From NCBI GenBank assembly GCA_004431415.1, contig QPMI01000439.1, forward strand, positions 372,001 to 436,000: a DNA stretch of 64,000 nt. The letters are read 5' to 3'. Positions 11,694 through 23,976 of this stretch are shown piece by piece. Numbering within the stretch: position 1 is the stretch's first letter; each line of letters starts with the position of its first letter. Source of the stretch: Cyanophora paradoxa CCMP329 (Eukaryota > Plantae > Glaucophyta). The position numbers and the translations under genes are program-made. The notes under the pieces were generated by a model. The model ran no database searches, was not told the origin of the DNA, and was given only the letters and a program-made list of their open reading frames with translations.

Positions 11694-14640
11694 CTAAATT
11701 AAAAAGCCAAGCGGCGTCCCTGCGCGCGCTACCGGCCGGGCCGCCCCGCCCGCTGCAGGTCGCCCGTCGCGAGGTGAAGCGGGTGCTCCCTCATCTCCCG
11801 CCGGAGCGCCGAGGCCGTGGGGGCGGCCAGGAGCTTCGCGCGCGAGCCGCGGAGGCTGGCGACCGCCACGTCCACCAGGGCCGCCTCCCAGCCTGCGAGG
11901 CTCATGAATTTCAAAACTCGAGAGACGTGTGCGCTTGGAATCGTAGATTCCCGGCGCACTGCTCATGAAGGCTTGGTCCCATAGGTAGAGGAGGGGTTCG
12001 TGGGCGAGGTACCCCACAAACCCACTCTCCATTGCCGCGCCAACTGCACGCGACGCTGGGCGTCAGGAGGGCCACGGAAAGACCGGGTAGATTTCGAATG
12101 AGTGCGAAATCCAATCTAAAGGTTGTCGGCCCCCTAAACCCGCGCGCACCGATGCCGACCTCCTCGGGTCCCTCGCGGAACGCTTTCGCCGCAGCCACAA
12201 CGACCTGGTGCGGCGTTTAGGAGAGAACGCACGAGGAGCAGAGGCGCGGAGGCCTGTGCACGTGCACGCACCTTCATCCGCAGCATGAGCTTCCTGAGTC
12301 GCGTGTGGTAGCGGCCGCGGGCGAAGGCAGCGCCGGGGGGTACCGCCTCGGGATCAGGGGGTGGAGCTGCGGGTCGCGGGGGCGTGGACGCGGGCGGGGG
12401 GGTAGAAGGGGCGGTGGCTGGGGCCGGGGCCGGGGCCGGAGAGGCGGGCGGGTCGCCGTGGAGGCTAGGGGGCCTGCTGCTCCCGGCTGTGGAGGGGGGT
12501 AGAGGCACGTGGGAGGGGGTAGGGGGTTGGGAGGAGGCCACGCTGCTTGTGCTCCGGGAGGGGGGTAGCTGGACGCGGGAAGGGGTGGGGGGGGTGGAGC
12601 GCCGGACGGAAGGCGGCCGCGGGGCCGGAGGGGGCGGCGCGGCGGGCGCAGGGGGTACGGGCAGGGGAGCCGCGTCCCTTGGCGGCGCCGGGGCCCTGAA
12701 GCCGCGCCGGGGTAGCCGATCCTCGTCGAAGGACTCCCTTATGTGCCTCCAGAGCTCCGGATCATCTCTACAAACAGCTCGAGATCAATCCTCTCAAGCA
12801 AAAGAATAGGGCGCGCAAGGAACAGTAAGATGAAAGGGCACCTCTTTAGGCGGCGAAAAGCCCGCATGGCGAGGGGTCGGGCGGACTGGGGAGAGGGTAC
12901 GCCGTTGGCCGCCAGCTGCAGGGCGGGAGAGTGGGCGATCCAGGCGGGCCGGGGGTATGGTGGAGTAGCCCCGTACCTTGACCAGCATGGGTACGAGCTC
13001 GAGAATTGGGGCCTGGGGGAATATCTGGAAGGTGGAATACGTGAGTCACGGGCGGGGAGGGGGTACGTATACAACTGAGAACGGGGTACGCACGGCGAGG
13101 AGGGGGGCGAGGAGGCGGAGGATGCGGGGGCTGAACTCCTGCAGGGAAAATTGAGAAAGGTGGGGGAGCTCGAGGGCGCGGGGGAGGGACGGGGGGGGAG
13201 AAAGGGGGGTACGCGGACCCGGAAGCAGAGGTGGAAGGCGTTGAGCGCCTGCAGGGCGCGCTCGCTGTGCGCACGAAACTGGTACAGGTCCCTGGGGGGG
13301 GGGGGGGGGGTATAAGTGGCTACTTAAAGGGAAAGTAGGCGGGGGTACGCGGACTTTGCGAAGAGTTCGCTCTGCATGACGCGGATGAGGTTGAAAAGCT
13401 CGGATTGCTCGGAACCCTGCTTTGCCAGGCGCTCCTCCACTGTTTGGCAGTCGGTCCGAAATCAACATAGGGGGGTAGTGGAAAGGATGTAAGGGAGGGA
13501 AGGGGGCAAACCGCCGCGGGCTACCGCCTCGTCGAAGAGGGAGTGCCTCCAGAGGCCCCTCCGCAGCGGAATTGGGAGGGGGTACCCCGCCAGGGACCGG
13601 ACCTGCCGCGGCGGTCGCGCGGTTCGCGGGGTACGCGAATCCAAGGACTCAATCCATGGCCGACCTTGCTCCAAAGCGTGGGGTCTTCCTCTAGGACGGC
13701 CGTGAGGGCGCCGGCGACGCCGTCCGTCTTCGTTCCCTGCAGCGGGAGTAAGAGGAGGAGGGAAGCGGGATCGTTTAGGGGTACGGATTCGCGCCTCGGC
13801 TGCGATTGCTTCATCCAGGGAGTCTCCGACGGCGCGGCGGAACTGCCGTGCGGGCCGGCCGGCCGGCTCGGCTTAGCTTCGCGGCCCCGCCCGGATCGAA
13901 TCCGCTCACGCACCTTCTTGTACGCGTCGCTACTGTAGGTGCCCTCTCTCGCCAACGCGTCCATCACGTGGCGGGTGAGCTGCGGCGGCGCGGCAGCTCC
14001 GCGGGTGAGGCAGAGCAGGACGGGGCGCAGGTTGGAGCGCCAGCGGCGCGGGGGTTGCCTCGGCTCGGAGGTCGGCGAAGAGGCCAGCGCGGAACTCGGG
14101 TAGCATGAAGGGCTCCTGAAGGACGTGTGGCGCGCGGGCCACTGCGGCCGCGCGTTCCGCTCAGCAGGGAGGGCACGGGCCGGCCCGCGGGCGCCAGCGG
14201 GAACGGCGGACCCGACGCATAGTGCCTGTCGCGGTGCATCAGGGGGCGTACGCGTCGAGCGAGAGGGGCGGTCGGCGCACCGCTGCACGAAAGCCGGCCC
14301 GCAGATTTCGTAGAGCGCTTCCATCACCTGCGGGCGGCAGAGATGCGCTCAGAAACAATGCACACGCGCTAAGAGGCAAGAGTACCTGCGGGCTAGCGTT
14401 CCCGGTGGCGGAGCGGGCGTCGACGAACGCCTGCGGGTCGGCTCAGCTCGGCACGCTTAGCTGCGGAGCCTCTGCGCTTGCCTTTGTGTGCCTCTCAACG
14501 CTCTCGTGGATTGGGGCGTACGCGGGGTGCAGGCAGCTGTCGGTAATACGCTCAAGCGTGCCCGAAAGAGGCGGCGGCCCAGCTGCAGGCCTCGCCTGGC
14601 CCGCCGCCCCCCGGGCAAGCGTGGAGACGCTGCTGTGCAT
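11694..14640 (-). CDS. Uncharacterised multi-exon protein, possibly Rab-GAP TBC-like
   Basis: Exon fragments PLPIPLRRGLWRHSL and GFVGYLAHEPLLYLWDQAFM..WEAALVDVAVA resemble the TBC 'LR..LW' and 'LWD' motifs. Gene ends are approximate. Confidence 0.45.
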
Positions 14641-14786
14641 TCCCAGGGCCTCGTGGGCTGGGCTGAAGCCCGGCCACAGCGGACAAGCTGCACAGTGAAT
14701 GTCAGTGATGCCAGGCGGGGTACTGGGGCCGCGCTAGGTTCCCATCAAGCCTCAAGGCGCTGCCCAACGGACCGTGCCACGCCACG

Positions 14787-16569
14787 ATGGTACAGCTGCT
14801 AGACCTACCGCACGAGGCGAGTCCGCCGGCGCCCCGCGCACACGCTCGCAGGACGCGGCGTGCGCTGACGGCAGCCGCGCCGCCGCGCAGGTCCTCACCG
14901 AGATCTGCTTCTTCCTGGATCCAGTGGACCTCTGCAGGATCTCGCGCTCGTGCTCGGCCCTCCGCGCGGCGGCCGAGGAGGAGAATGTCTGGCGCGGCAT
15001 CGTGGGGCGCTCGGTGGACACGGCGGCGGCTGAGAAGTACATGCCAGGCCTCCCCTGGACATGGAAGGAGCGCTACCGTACGCTGCTGATTTCATCAGAG
15101 CTCCCGGACAGCGAAAACGGGACCCGCGCCGTGGCTCCCGCGGGCGGGGAGGGCTGGACGCTGTCGCTTTTCGTCATGCTGCTCGAGGATGCGCCGAATA
15201 CGCAGCGGCGGGAGGCGCCGGCGTGGCGGACGCTGGCAGTGCGCTTGACAGCCGACAGCGAAAGGCTGCCGGCGCTGCTCTTCCACCCCTACGACTGCAG
15301 CATCGTCCTCACGACGACGTACGTCTTCTCTCTTCTGTCCTTCGCGGCGCTAACGGGCTCACTCGCGGCGCGCTCGCAGGCCGGCGCCCATCGAGAGCGC
15401 AGAGGGCGAGCTCGAGCGCACGCCCATTCGGGGCGGCAAGCTGCTGAACAACCGCCTCTTTCAGGTCCCCGCGCGCCCGTCCCGCCGCCCGCTCTTCGTC
15501 CTCGCCTGAGCCGCCTTCGTCGCAGTCGGACGACGAGCTGCCGCTCTTCCGCTGGGCCCACCTGTGCTTGACGTGCAAGTTCGGCCCCGCCGGCGGCAGC
15601 GGCGACGAAGTCGGGCCGCCGGCGTGCCAGTACACCGTGTACATCGACGGCCGCCCCGTTCTGAATGTGCGCTCCCGCCGCCTCGCCGCCCGCGGGGGTT
15701 CGCATTCGCAGTCATCTCTGAGGTCTTCTTCCCTCAGGCGAGCGACGGGGGCCCTGTCCCGCGGCACTACGATCCCGCGCGCCTCTTTGTGGGCTGCTCG
15801 GTCCCGGGTACCCGCTGGCAGCCGGCGCGGGCGCTCGTCCGCGGCGCTCGCTGGTACATGCGCCCCCTCGACGAGGTGGGCTACTGCTACCCCCCAGATA
15901 ATTTGATCCGTGCGGTTCGACATCTGATCTTCTTCTCCGGGCTTGATGCAGGGCCACGTGGGGGTGCTCGCCTCGCGGCCGCCGGCGGAGGGGGAGGCGG
16001 GCCTTGCGGCCGCGACGCTGCCCGAGCTCCGGCGCGCCGCGGCCGATGCGCAGCGCGCCGTTGTCCATGACGACGTGCGCCCAACTCTTTTCTCTATCAT
16101 CGCTCTCAGCTTCTAGATCTGCTAATTAACGCGCCGCCTTCTTGATCCGTGTCATGAACAGTTCGGCTGCGACGTGTGCAACCAGTTCCCGATCGAAGGG
16201 GTCCGCTACGCCTGCCGCAGGTGCGCCGTGGTGCAAGCGTTAGGGAATCGTTTGGGCTTGCAATTGCGCCTTTCCCATTTTCTTAGCTCGCCGGCCACCT
16301 TTGGTTGTCTGATCGCTCCGATCTCTCCCGCGAAGCTGCCGCGTGTCGTACGACCTCTGCGCGCGCTGCCACGCTGCCAACGCCTGGGCCGAGGTACCCC
16401 GACCCCCCGCCCCGCCCCGCCCTTCCTGTACCCCGGTCCCCGGCCTCCAAGATTGACCGCCGCCGCCCCGCATGCGCAGGGCCGCTACGCCTCGACCCAC
16501 ACGCGGGAGCACGTCTTCCGCACCGTGCGGCGGTCCTACCCCTCCATCGCCATCGTACCCCTGCCCTGA
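14787..16569 (+). CDS. F-box protein with a central ConA/LamG-like segment and C-terminal ZZ-type zinc finger
   Basis: MVQLLDLPHE/VLTEICFFLDPVDLCRISRSCSAL..ENVWR (F-box); WAHLCLT..YTVYIDGRPV (LamG-like); GCDVCNQFPIEGVRYACR/SC..YDLCARCH..HTREHVF (ZZ). Confidence 0.82.
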
Positions 16570-16675
16570 GGGACCGGGGCGCCGGAGCGGCCCGTGATGA
16601 GCTCAAGCACGCTTGAGTAGATTTCGGAGAATGCGTGTGCAGCAGCATGTTAACTAAGTGTAAACTAAAATACTA

Positions 16676-18045
16676 TTACAAGTACCCCGCGACGCCCTCT
16701 GCGGCGCACGAGGCGAAGACGAGCCGACGGAAGGCGCCCCCGGGGCCGTACCGCGACTCCAAAATCTGCCCGCGCTCGGATTCGAACCAGAGACAGAGCG
16801 GGAGGCGGGGGGTACGCGATGCGCGCACCTTGGCCGAGCTCGGGTCGACGCGACCGCGGAGTACGAGGGTAGCGGCGAAGGGGGTACAGTCGTCGGCGGG
16901 GGCGCGCAGGGGAAGGAAGAGGGAGCCTCCCCCTGGGAGGGAGATCTGCGAGGGGGTATGAGGCAGCCAGGAGCGGGGGAAGGGGGGTACGCGAACGCGG
17001 GCGTGGAGCAGGGGCGAGTCGGATCCCTCCCAAGCGGGGAGGGAGGAGGGGTCGGGCCGCCCAAAGCGGAGATCAGATTCGCTCAGCGCGGCGTCCTCGC
17101 AACCGCTGAGCGAAGAGGCCGCCGGCCAGCGGAAGGGGCTCGATTCCTGTACCCCCGCACGCTCCTCCAGCTGCTCCCGCGGGGTGCCGGGCGGGCCCTC
17201 CCGCACGACAGTCAGCTGGCCGATCGCCCCGTCCTCGCCGTAGAAGCACGCGACGCTGCAGAGCAAGTCAAACAACAACTCAGAAGCCGAAGCGTTCCGC
17301 GCAGCTGCATTGCACCTGGCGCGAAACGGCCCGTCGACCAGAAAGAGGTCGGCGCCGCGGAAGGGAGCGCTGGTCGTCGAGACTTCGCTGCCGCCGGGCA
17401 GAAAGTATGCTGCAGACGAGGGCGCTCGCATACGAGCGGGGAAAGCGGAGACGAGCGTGTCATTACCTTTGCGGCCGCCGGGGCCCAGCGCTCCGAGGGG
17501 CTGGAAGACTCCCGAGTCGAAGCGCCACTCTGGCGCCTCCTCCCGCCCGTCGCCGTACCTGAAGCGCGTGTAAGCAATCGTCGCGCATCGACGGAGGCGG
17601 CGGCGCTCGCCTGCGCCTGTCCGTCTTCACGAATTCGGTCTCCGATTCGCGTCGCATGGAACGGGCGACGTCGAACGAGTCGCTCAGCGCCCCGGTGCCG
17701 TCGAGCGCAATCCAGCGGCCTTCCCAGGCTGCGAAGAGGCGATTGAGGCGACGCTAGCCTCTCTTGGCCCGCACGCGGCGCGAATTGCGAACTTCCAAGG
17801 TGTTTGCTGAGGAAGTGCTGGAAGTTCGGGTCCGCATCGCCTTCGCTCGAGCTCGAGGCGAACACGATCCTCGGTGGCTGCGACTGGATCTCGAAGCGCG
17901 CCCGCCTGGATCCACTCGCAGACCGCCGAAGATCAAATCTCGGCCGGGGCGCGATCTGAGATCGCTGGCCCCTCCAGGTACATATCTGATGATGTACTGT
18001 CGCGCCGGTGCATGGATGGGCAGGCAGCGCCGCAACGAAGGCCAT
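16676..18045 (-). CDS. Plastid-targeted DUF3598-like protein (cyanobacterial-type family)
   Basis: MAFVAALP transit peptide. Spliced NFQHFLSKHLGTWEGRWIALDGTGALSDSFDVARSMRR..YGDGREE resembles the DUF3598 N-terminus (W.G.W...G....SF..R). Confidence 0.62.
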
Positions 18046-18082
18046 TGAGATCTATACCCCAGCCCTCAAACTTACCAAAAGC
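18046..18082. promoter_or_regulatory. 37-bp spacer between divergent ATGs (candidate bidirectional promoter with overlapping 5' UTRs)
   Basis: CAT at 18043-18045 (DUF3598-like gene) and ATG at 18083 (VOC gene). Both open transit-peptide-like sequences. Confidence 0.55.
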
Positions 18083-19257
18083 ATGTTCGCGACGTTCGCG
18101 GTCGCTGGGGGGCAGCGGAGCGCTAGCGCCTCGACAGAGGCGCGCACGATAGCGCTCTGCACGCACCAGCCGCGGCCAGCCGGCCCGCCCCAGCCGCGCG
18201 TGCAGGTGCAGTTCGAGAGCTCGTTGTCCAGTGCGCCCCATGATGTGTGTGCCGTGCGTAATCTCTAGCTAAGCATTTCCTCAGGGTTCGCGGGCGCGAG
18301 CCTGCCCCGGAGGGCAGCTCAGGTCGCGCGGATCGACGCGCCGCAGCCGCTGTCATGCGTCGCGTGCGTCTCCGCCCTCCCGCTGCAATCGGCCAATATT
18401 CCGATCGCTCGCTAACCTGAGGCGCGATCCATGCGTGCACAGGGGCCCGCTGAGGCCGCGCATTGATCAGCAGGTCCGCTCATGTCACACGCCTGAGGCC
18501 TCGGGCCGGGGTGCCCTTGAACGCTGACGATGGTCAGGTTACGTTCATCTACACGGACGACATGGCGGGCACGTGCGGCTGGTACGAGCGCGTCCTGGGC
18601 CTCGAGTGCGAGCTGGACCAGGGCGCGGCGCGCATCTACCGCACCTCGGAGACTTCGTTCCTCGGCATCTGCAAGGCGCGCGCGCGCAAGCGCCGCTCAG
18701 CGGCTCGGCCTTACTCTTACTCTTCTCCGCTCTCTGAGACCTGCTTTCGCGGGCGCAGGTCCGCCCGGGGCGGTACGTCGAACCGAAGGGCGTCGTGATC
18801 ACTTTCGCATGCCCCAAGGCTGAGGCGAGCGGCCCCGGGCCGCCGGCTCGTCGCCTCATCTCGCCCCTGACGGGTTCGAATCCGGCCAGGTGGACCAATG
18901 GTACGAGCGCATGGTCGAGAAGGGCGCAGACATCCTGGGGCCCCCTGAGAAGAACGACATGTTCCACGTGCGTACCTCCTGAAGATCCTTTAATCTTCTC
19001 TCACGCTCCCTTCCACCCCCCCCCCCCCCCCCCAACCCCCCACCCACCCCACCCCCACCCCACCCTCAACCGCCCTTTCCCCCTCTCCCCGCTGCACACA
19101 GGTCTACGCCTTCTTCATCCGCGGTACCCCTAACCTCACCGGGCCTTTTTGCCCCTATCCCCGATCGACGCGTACCCCACCGGCAGATCCGAACGGGTAC
19201 CTCATCGAGTTCCAGACGTTCCTGGACCCGCGCTGGCCTTCCCTTATGTTCGACTGA
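18083..19257 (+). CDS. VOC/glyoxalase-family protein with putative plastid transit peptide, multi-exon
   Basis: MFATFAVAGG..WFAGASL..GPLRPRIDQQ/VTFIYTDDMAGTCGWYERVLGLE..GVVITF..VDQWYERMVEKGA..VYAFFIR/DPNGYLIEFQTF. Confidence 0.82.
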
Positions 19258-19642
19258 GCCCACCTCGAGCTCGTACCCCCTCCGCATTTCCATTTCGTCG
19301 CATTCGAATTCGTATAAGCAGTAATTAGAATCAGTCCCTAGATCTAGTGTTCTTTAAAGCTTTCGTCCCGCTTTTGCAGTATTTTTTAAAGCAGCTTGAT
19401 TGTTCTATCAGCCTGATGCTCTCGCACACGCATGCAGTACCCGCTTGAAGGAGGGCAGGCCGTATCCGAAAGGATTCGGATCAGATGCCTGATTGTAGAG
19501 CTACTCTGGGCGTTTCAAATGCAAATAGAACAAACGAGTACGATCTCGTGGACAAAGCTAAGCCGGGGCCACCAGCCAAGCCAAGCACCCCGGAGATCTA
19601 GATCTGGAAGCTGGCAGAAATTCTAATAAGAGCTCGTGGCCC

Positions 19643-21207
19643 CTAAGAAGCCGCTGTCTTCCGCTTCTTCTTGGCCGGGGTAGGCTCGGGCGCCGGCGCC
19701 GGCGCGGGATCGGGATCGGACTCCGCCGGAGCAGTCTGCGGACCGAGGGGAAAGGGGGCTCAGCCGGGGAGGGGTACGATCGATTCTGAGGGGCAGCGCA
19801 GCCGAGCAGACCTCTCGCTTCTTCTTCTTCTTTTTGGAAGCCTCGTCTGCCCCGTCGTCCGCAGGCGCAGGCGCCCGCGCGCGGCCCTTGGGAGGGGGCG
19901 CGGACGCCGCCTGCTGCTCCTCCGCCTCCGCCTCCGCCTCCGCCTCGGCCCCCTCCGCGGCCCGCCTCCGCTTCTTCTTCTTTAGCTGAGGTTCTTCTTC
20001 CATCGCCTCCGCCTCCGCCGCCTCCGCCTCGGCAGCGGCCGGCGCCTTTGCCCTGCGCCCGCGCCCTCAGCGCCTCCAGCGGCGGCGCCGACGCCGTACC
20101 CCCCTCCCCGCTCCAGGCGCGCGCGCACCCTTTGCTCTTGCCCTTCTTCGCGGGGGGCGCGGCCGGCTCCTCTTCGGGCTCGGCGGGCTCGGCCGCCGCC
20201 TCCGCCTCCTCCGCGCCGGTGCGCCGCTGCGGCTTGGGCTTGGGGCGCGGGGGCGCCTCGCCTCCGTCGCCGCCGCCGCCCCAGATCGGCCCCAGGCCCG
20301 GCTCGTCGATCCGCCCGTCGAAGTGCGTGATGTTGTTAACTTCCTTCCAGCTGCGGGCGGCGCGTCAGAGCGCGCCGGCGCCGCAGAGATCGAATTTGAG
20401 GAAGTCCTGCAAGCCGCGCACTCGATCGCGCGCAGGCGGACGACCGTGCTGCCGTTCGTGACCGAATTCGATCCGTCTCTGCTGACCCACATGTTCCGTC
20501 TCTGGTTCCACCGCAGCTTGCCCGCCATGTGATCCGCGCCGATCTGCCGGCCACGCTCAGCGCGATGCCCGTTGCGGGCGCTCCGAGCGGTGCGGGGGAC
20601 GCGCCTTGACGGGAAAGACGCCGAGCAAGTTGGCGTTGATTCCAGCGGCCGACTGGTGCACCACGCGGCACTCTGCGGCCGGTCGTGAGCGGGGCGATCG
20701 GCGAGCTCCGAGGCGGCCGAAGGCGGTCCGGAGCGCGCCATCTGTGCGTCCCTAGGTCCTAGCTACGCAATCTCAGCGCCGCGCACCGAGCGGGACGTGC
20801 GGGGAGGGCTTGAAGAGGAGGAAGTCGACGGACACGTTGTACTGGATGTACGGGTTGTCGTAGAGGATGCGTTCCGAATCCGGCAGGATGCGCACGTTCT
20901 CGAAAGCCATCACCACGCCGCCTAGCAGATCCACGTACCTGCAAGGATCGCCCGGCATGCGCTCGTTAGCTCAACGCGATGCGGTCGCGCAGGCGCCGGA
21001 GGGGCCAAGCTTAGCTATCTAGCGCGCGATCACCAGGGCGCACCGCATCAGGTACTGACACAGAAGCTCCTTCAGGCCTTCGAGCGGGTTGCCTATCTTC
21101 GAAGGGTGCAGCTGGAGGCGAACGGTGCAGTTCGCGTACGAGAAAGGCGGCTTTTGCTTGATCGGAGCATGCTCCGCGTGCACGCCCGGGCGGTCCGGCC
21201 GCGCCAT
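19643..21207 (-). CDS. RPA43: RNA polymerase I subunit RPA43, multi-exon, Lys-rich C-terminus
   Basis: LQLHPSKIGNPLEGLKELLCQYLMR/YVDLLGGVVMAFENVRI..RILYDNPYIQYNVSVDFLLFKP, followed by a KKKKR-rich tail. Confidence 0.82.
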
Positions 21208-21274
21208 CCCGATCGCCTCACGGGGGTACGGTCGCGCTCCAGGGCTCGCGTACCCGGAGCGAGATCTCGTCTCG

Positions 21275-23943
21275 ATGGACACGGTGCGGCTAGCGCCCGC
21301 CACCGCGCGCCATTTGGTGGCAAGAGCCAATTCCGAGCGATCCGACGCCTCCCGGACACCGCGCTCCGCCGGGCGGGTCCCGAATCTCACGCCGTACGCG
21401 TCGCAGGCCTTCGCCACCGGCGCTCCGTCAGTCGCAAGCATGCTGCGTGGTGCTCGTGTGGTCGCGCAGGCGGCGTCGAGCACACGTGCCGCCGTGCCGG
21501 CTGGCCGGCTGGCGCGGGCGCCGCGCGCGGCCCCTCTCAGCGGCGCGAAGGAGTTCTTGTCGGGCAAGGACTCGACCGTGCTCGTTCGCGGCCTGGCGTC
21601 CAAGTCGCTGTCGACGGACCGGGACCCGTCCAAGGTCGGGGCCAGCTTCTACGCCCAGCCGCGCGCCGAGGCAGCCACCTCCCCCGGACCCAGCGCGTGC
21701 GCCATCTGCCTCTTCCCACTCTGCCCGCGCCGCCCCGCGCCGCCCCGCCGCCGCCGCCGCCGAGCGCCCCCGCAGCTCGGCCGCCCCTGCCGCCGGCGGG
21801 CGCCTCAAGGTCAGGCACGTCCTGAGGGCCTCGGAGCCCGGCCAGAAGGTCACCATCAAGGGCTGGGTACGCAGCGTCCGCGACCAGAAGGTCCGTACCC
21901 CTCCCAATCCCCCTCTTCTTCTTCGGTCCCGCCCGACCCGACCCGCCCCCCGCAGGCCTTCAGCTTCATCGAAGTCAACGATGGCTCCTGCCTCACGAAC
22001 CTCCAGGTTCGAATCCGTTCGGGGCCACTTTCTCCCTTTTTAAACCCCCGCAGGTCGTCGCCGTCAAGGAGAAGCTCGCGAACTACGACGAGGTCCGTTC
22101 GCGTACCCCCTTGTTATCCCCTTCCCTCCTCCCCCGACAAAGCGGTACCCCCGTCAGATCCTGGAGAAGCTCACGACGGGCGCGTCGGTCTGCGTGACAG
22201 GCGAGGTCGTCGCCAGGTGCGGGCGGGGCGAGTCTAAGAGTCTAGAGTCTAAGCTGCTTTGAAGCTTATAGAGTTGCTAGAGTCTAAGCTGCTTTGAAGC
22301 TCATAGCTTTTATTCCTAGTCTTTATTAGAGCGGGGCGCGGCGGGGCGGGGCGGGGCGCGGCGCGGCGGGCGGGCGCAGCCTTCGAGGGCTTGCTCAGGG
22401 CCAACTGCTTAGGGGCTCTCTGGCTTGCTTGACGTTGGCTTGGCTTAGAGGCGTCTGACTCTCAGCTTTGGAGCTGAACGCATAGAGCCGCTGGCGCTCT
22501 CTCTGACTCGCTTGGCGCGAGCCCTCCTACGCGGCGCGGCGCTTAGCTTTGCGTCACTTGGCCGGCGGCGCGCGCGCTGACCGGGACGCTGATCGGGGGC
22601 GGCCATGAAGTCCATAAGTCCAGTTGGCCCCTGGTCGCCTGGCCGGTCGCCTGACCGGTCGCCTGACCGCACGCAGCACGGGGAAGAACCAGCGGGTGGA
22701 GATCCAGGCAGAGGCCGTGGAGGTCGTCGGCGAGTGCGGTGCGCGACGCGCGCGCGGCGGGCCGGCCGGCCGGCCGGCCGCGCTTCCGAATTCGAATTCG
22801 AATCCGCTTCGATCCCCGACGCCCCGCTGACGCGAAGCGCGGCGCGGCGCACCCCCGCCCCGCAGACGCGGCGGCGTACCCCCTGCAGAAGAAGCGGCAC
22901 ACGCTGGAGTTCCTCCGCGGCATCGCCCACCTCCGGCCCCGCACTAACACGTGCGCGTACCCCCGGGCCACCCCCGTAACAAAGGGCGGGAGGTAGACTA
23001 TGAGGAAGCCCCTTTCTTCCCCCTCTAGTCTGCTCCTTCGCGACAACAGAGCCCGGCCGGCCCACATCCGCAGACGCCTCAAGCGTCTCATACCCCTTAC
23101 CCCCCCCGCTCCCCCCCCCCTCCCAGGATCTCGGCCGTGATGAGGGTCCGCAACACGCTCGCCTACGCCGTCCACCAGTACTTCCAGGTACCCCCCCTGT
23201 TCTGTACCCCCCTCCCCCTCCCGCGCGTCCGTCCGTGTACCCCCCTCCTTACGGTGACGTACCCTCCAGGAGCGGGGCTTCGTTTACGTCCACACCCCCA
23301 TCATCACGGTCCGCGAATCCGCGCGCCGGGCCGCTGGGCCCTCTCTGGCCTCGGCCGGCCGGCCGCCGGCTGACTTTGACTTCTGCGGCGCCGGCGCAGG
23401 CGAGCGATTGCGAGGGGGCCGGCGCCATGTTCGGAGTCACTACCCTCATGAACCCCGACGTGAGTGTACCCGTACCCCGGACTAGGCTCCAGAGCTTCGC
23501 CGCTGCCGCATGTTCTTCTTCTCATTCCGGCCGGGCCCGACCGACCGCCGCCCCGCCCGCCCCGCAGGAGAAGGGTAACCCCGCCAAGTACGAGAAGCTG
23601 CCCCGCACCAAGGAGGGCACCATGGACTTCTCCCGGTACCCCGTACCCCCCTCTCTTTCTCAAACGCCGCCTAACCCGGTACCCCAGGGACTTTTTCGAG
23701 AAGCCGGCCTTCCTGACCGTCTCGGGCCAGGCGCGGCCGTCCCCGGCCCCCCCCTTCCCCTCCCCCCCCCTCCCCCCCTCCTCCCCTTCCCTAAGTAACC
23801 CGTACCCCCCCCCGCAGCTGAACGCGGAGATGTACGCGTGCGCGCTGTCGGACGTGTACACGTTCGGCCCGACGTTCCGCGCCGAGGTGCGCGCCGCCGC
23901 GCCGGCCTCCGGGGACGGTTAGAGTTGATAAAGGACGCCGAGC

Positions 23944-23976
<33 letters not shown>

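Noticed and set aside
22003-22030. tRNA-like GGTTCGAATCC..GCCA (similar motif at about 18872)
   Set aside because: The T-stem does not pair and no cloverleaf forms. It overlaps an exon/intron junction of AsnRS.
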